Assembly (NCBI GenBank): GCA_965215015.1
Contig: OZ244042.1
Location: 5,504,001 to 5,568,000 of the forward strand
Source: Candidatus Poribacteria bacterium
GTDB taxonomy: Bacteria > Poribacteria > WGA-4E > PCPOR2b
Reading direction: 5' to 3'
DNA length: 64,000 nt
A program made the position numbers and the translations under genes. Of the stretch, positions 61,396-64,000 are shown one piece after another; the stretch's first letter is position 1, and every line of letters begins with the position of its first letter. The notes beneath the pieces were generated by a model that searched no databases, was not told the DNA's origin, and saw only the letters and a program-made list of their open reading frames with translations.

Positions 61396-62274
61396 TTGAG
61401 GAATTTCGAGTTTTTTGAACCTACAACAATTGAGGAAGCGTCATCGCTGCTGACACAGCACAACGGCAAAGCGGAGCTTTTAGCCGGCGGAACAGATCTC
61501 ATTATAGAAATGAAAGCACGGACGGCGATGCCTGAGTACGTTATCGGCTTAGAAAAAATTCCCGGATTAGCCTGTATTGACTATGATGAAGAGAGGGGGC
61601 TGCGAATCGGTGCGCTGACGAAGATGCGTACGCTGGAAAAAGATCCAATAATCTGTGAACGCTATACTGCCCTTGCTGAAGGAGCCGGTGAGGTTGGAGG
61701 TATTCAAATTCGCCACCTCGCAACAATAGGAGGTAACATTAGTCATGGTTCCCCCGCTGCGGATACGGCAGCACCCCTGTTAGCACTTGGCGCACAGGTT
61801 AAAATCGCGAGTGCTGATGGCGAGCGTACGGTGCCCATTGAGACGTTCTATTTAGGTCCGGGGCAAACCGTATTAAAAACCGGCGAGATTGTCACAGCAT
61901 TTGAATGCCCACCCCGCGGGGCGGATGAAGGCTCGCAGTACATCAAGCAAAAAATTAGAGAAGTGATGGATCTTGCCTTTGTCGGTGTGGCGTCCTCTGC
62001 AAAATCCGATAACGGCACCGTATCAGATGTCAAGATTGGACTTGCCGCTGTCGCGCCTACACCTCTTCGAGCTACCGAGGCCGAAGCCATTATCAATGGA
62101 AATGCTCTGACAGCGGAGTTGTTAGAACAAGCGGCTACGGCTGCTTCAGCGCAATCAAGCCCTATTTCAGATTTGCGGTGTTCGGCCGAATATCGTCGAG
62201 AAATGGTTAGTGTTTTAACCCGGCGGACACTGCAAGCTGCAGCCGCTCGTGCACAGAGCCAACCGGCAGGTTAA
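61396..62274 (+). CDS. Xanthine dehydrogenase/CoxM family FAD-binding subunit
   Basis: LAGGTDL, QIRHLATIGGN..HGSPAAD, PISDLRCSAEYR; GGAGG RBS, TTG start. Confidence 0.93.
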   Translation: MRNFEFFEPTTIEEASSLLTQHNGKAELLAGGTDLIIEMKARTAMPEYVIGLEKIPGLACIDYDEERGLRIGALTKMRTLEKDPIICERYTALAEGAGEVGGIQIRHLATIGGNISHGSPAADTAAPLLALGAQVKIASADGERTVPIETFYLGPGQTVLKTGEIVTAFECPPRGADEGSQYIKQKIREVMDLAFVGVASSAKSDNGTVSDVKIGLAAVAPTPLRATEAEAIINGNALTAELLEQAATAASAQSSPISDLRCSAEYRREMVSVLTRRTLQAAAARAQSQPAG

Positions 62275-62377
62275 GTTCAGCGAAATCCTGATTTATCGGA
62301 CGCACAGAAATTTAGAACGTCATATTCATTTTAGAATCATTCCCGAGCTCCATTTGAAGAACAGAAAGGATAATTCA

Positions 62378-62854
62378 ATGAAGAAACATCCAGTGAGTTT
62401 AACGGTCAACACTGATACATACGATTTGTTGATTGAACCGAGAAAGACATTGTTGGCGACCCTTCGCGATACGATCGGTTTAACGGGTACAAAAGAAGGC
62501 TGCAGTACCGGCGATTGTGGCGCGTGCACAGTCATTGTAGACGGAAAAGCGGTGACCTCTTGTATGATGCTTGGTGTCAGTGCCAATGGCAAGGAAATCA
62601 CAACTGTAGAAGGACTCGCCAGCCGAGATCAACTGCACCCCATCCAGCAAGCGTTCATGGACAAAGGGGGATACCAATGTGGCTTCTGCACGCCGGGATT
62701 CATTGTGGCGTCCAAAGCATACCTTGATGAAAACCCAAATGCAACAGAAACAGAGATAAGGCATGCACTTGGCAATAACATCTGTCGATGCACAGGGTAC
62801 ACGAAAATCATTGAAGCCGTGATGAGTGCAGCAGAAGCCATGCGTAAGGCGTGA
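62378..62854 (+). CDS. Xanthine dehydrogenase/CoxS family 2Fe-2S subunit
   Basis: GTKEGCSTGDCGACTV, QCGFCTPG, CRCTGY; ATG 62378 after AAGGA. Confidence 0.95.
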   Translation: MKKHPVSLTVNTDTYDLLIEPRKTLLATLRDTIGLTGTKEGCSTGDCGACTVIVDGKAVTSCMMLGVSANGKEITTVEGLASRDQLHPIQQAFMDKGGYQCGFCTPGFIVASKAYLDENPNATETEIRHALGNNICRCTGYTKIIEAVMSAAEAMRKA

Positions 62855-62939
62855 TGGCCACTGCGTGTTGAGGTCAAGACTTTAACCTTTATGTTTTACG
62901 CATCACGTCTCACGTTCCATTCCAAAAAGGAGATTTTTC

Positions 62940-64000
62940 ATGTCAGAATATGCAGTTTTGGGCAAAAGAGTACCGCGAGTTGATGCCCTCGAAAAAGTCA
63001 CGGGTGCGGCACAGTATGGAGGGGATGTTCACCTACCCGGTATGGTTCATGGGAAATTTATTCGCAGCAAACACCCGCACGCAAAGATCCTGAATATTGA
63101 TACAAGCGAAGCTGAAAAGCTGCCCGGTGTGCGGGCTATCATCACCCAAGAGGATGTCGAGAGTGGACGACGGGTGTTTGCTTCTGACAAAGTCCTATAT
63201 CTCGGTGAACCGATTGCAGCCGTTGCGGCAACAGATCCGGATATCGCAGAAGAAGCTGCGGATCTGATCCAGATCGATTACGAAGTGCTCCCCGCTGTTC
63301 AGGATGTGATGGAAGCTATTCAACCTAACGCGCCACGTCTGCACAGCGATGATACAAAAGACGGCCCCGCCCGTCGAGCGATTAAAGCCGACTTAAGAAA
63401 GCTTGAACGGGACAAATCGCAAGACCACAGTGCAGAGATTGCCGAGTTAAACGCACAGTTGGCAGGGATTGAAGAGGATATCTATTACAATATCTCCGCT
63501 GAAACGCATTCTGCGAGCGGTGATGTAGAACAAGGCTTCGCCGAATCGGATCTGGTTGTGGAAGATACATATGTCATCCCACGGGTACATCAGACCTACA
63601 TGGAGCCACACGTTTCCGTCGCTGATGTCGATTCCACTGGAAAGGTGACAGTGTGGGCAAGCACCCAGGGACCCTTCGCTATCCGATCCGGCATAGCGGG
63701 CACACTTGGCATTCCGCTCAATCAGATTAACGTCATCCCGACGACGATGGGCGGTGGATTTGGTGGACGTTTCGGCGTTGTGCTCACGCATGTGCCCGCT
63801 GTTCTCCTCTCTCAGAAGACAGGCCGTCCGGTAAAGATTCAAATGACCCGCGAGGAGGAGTTTACCGATGGACGGCCGGCACCGGGCTGTGTGATTAAGT
63901 TAAAGACCGGCGTGAAGAACGATGGCACCATCCTCGCCCGCGAAGGGCTGGCTTTTTGGGATTCCGGCTCCGTATCGGGTGCCTCAATCGGCAGTACCAT
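62940..64000 (+). CDS. Xanthine dehydrogenase family molybdopterin-binding subunit (3' partial)
   Basis: AGGAG RBS; MSEYAVLGKRVPRVDALEKVTGAAQY, RSKHPHAKI, QTYMEPH, STQGPF, MGGGFGG; absent from the ORF track because it runs off the window. Confidence 0.93.
   Translation, partial: MSEYAVLGKRVPRVDALEKVTGAAQYGGDVHLPGMVHGKFIRSKHPHAKILNIDTSEAEKLPGVRAIITQEDVESGRRVFASDKVLYLGEPIAAVAATDPDIAEEAADLIQIDYEVLPAVQDVMEAIQPNAPRLHSDDTKDGPARRAIKADLRKLERDKSQDHSAEIAELNAQLAGIEEDIYYNISAETHSASGDVEQGFAESDLVVEDTYVIPRVHQTYMEPHVSVADVDSTGKVTVWASTQGPFAIRSGIAGTLGIPLNQINVIPTTMGGGFGGRFGVVLTHVPAVLLSQKTGRPVKIQMTREEEFTDGRPAPGCVIKLKTGVKNDGTILAREGLAFWDSGSVSGASIGST

Noticed and set aside
61396-64000. Aerobic CO dehydrogenase (coxMSL)
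   Set aside because: Gene order fits, but the diagnostic active-site loop lies beyond the window end; the substrate cannot be assigned

Overview
Bacterial chromosomal window with no rRNA, tRNA or CRISPR array detected. The style of the lipoproteins and accessory domains suggests Ca. Poribacteria, which is inference only. Positions 1-45 kb are an almost entirely + strand aerobic respiratory supercluster. It holds a Rieske/split cytochrome b/octaheme cytochrome c complex III and a Nitrospira/Nitrospina-like cytochrome bd-like oxidase module (CydA-like subunit, three c-type cytochromes including an EbdC/NxrC-like diheme, two flanking cupredoxin-like proteins). It continues with an A-family aa3 oxidase operon with heme A/O synthases and SCO, a CCG-anchored (type E) succinate dehydrogenase and fumC. 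It ends in a putative maturation cluster in which a BchB/ChlB C-terminal (PCP_red) domain recurs six times in four proteins (USP-rubredoxin fusion, CxxC protein, NirJ/Ahb-like radical SAM, small protein) next to an Mrp ATPase; this cluster is the best candidate for an undescribed system. Defence cargo is wedged between the respiratory genes: three DNA methyltransferases, a PvuII-like nuclease, a truncated nuclease, hicB and other antitoxin remnants, and a BrxF-like ATPase. The spacers carry several repeat families: a MITE with 13-bp TIRs and 5-bp TSDs, GTAG-type REPs, and 7/8-nt periodic tracts. The remainder encodes a TPR protein, a cold-shock protein, an AapJQMP amino-acid ABC transporter, RqcH/NFACT, an iron-type ABC permease, an SLT-like protein, hypotheticals and the start of a xanthine dehydrogenase-family molybdoenzyme operon. 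All family assignments come from motif recognition by eye, not from database searches.
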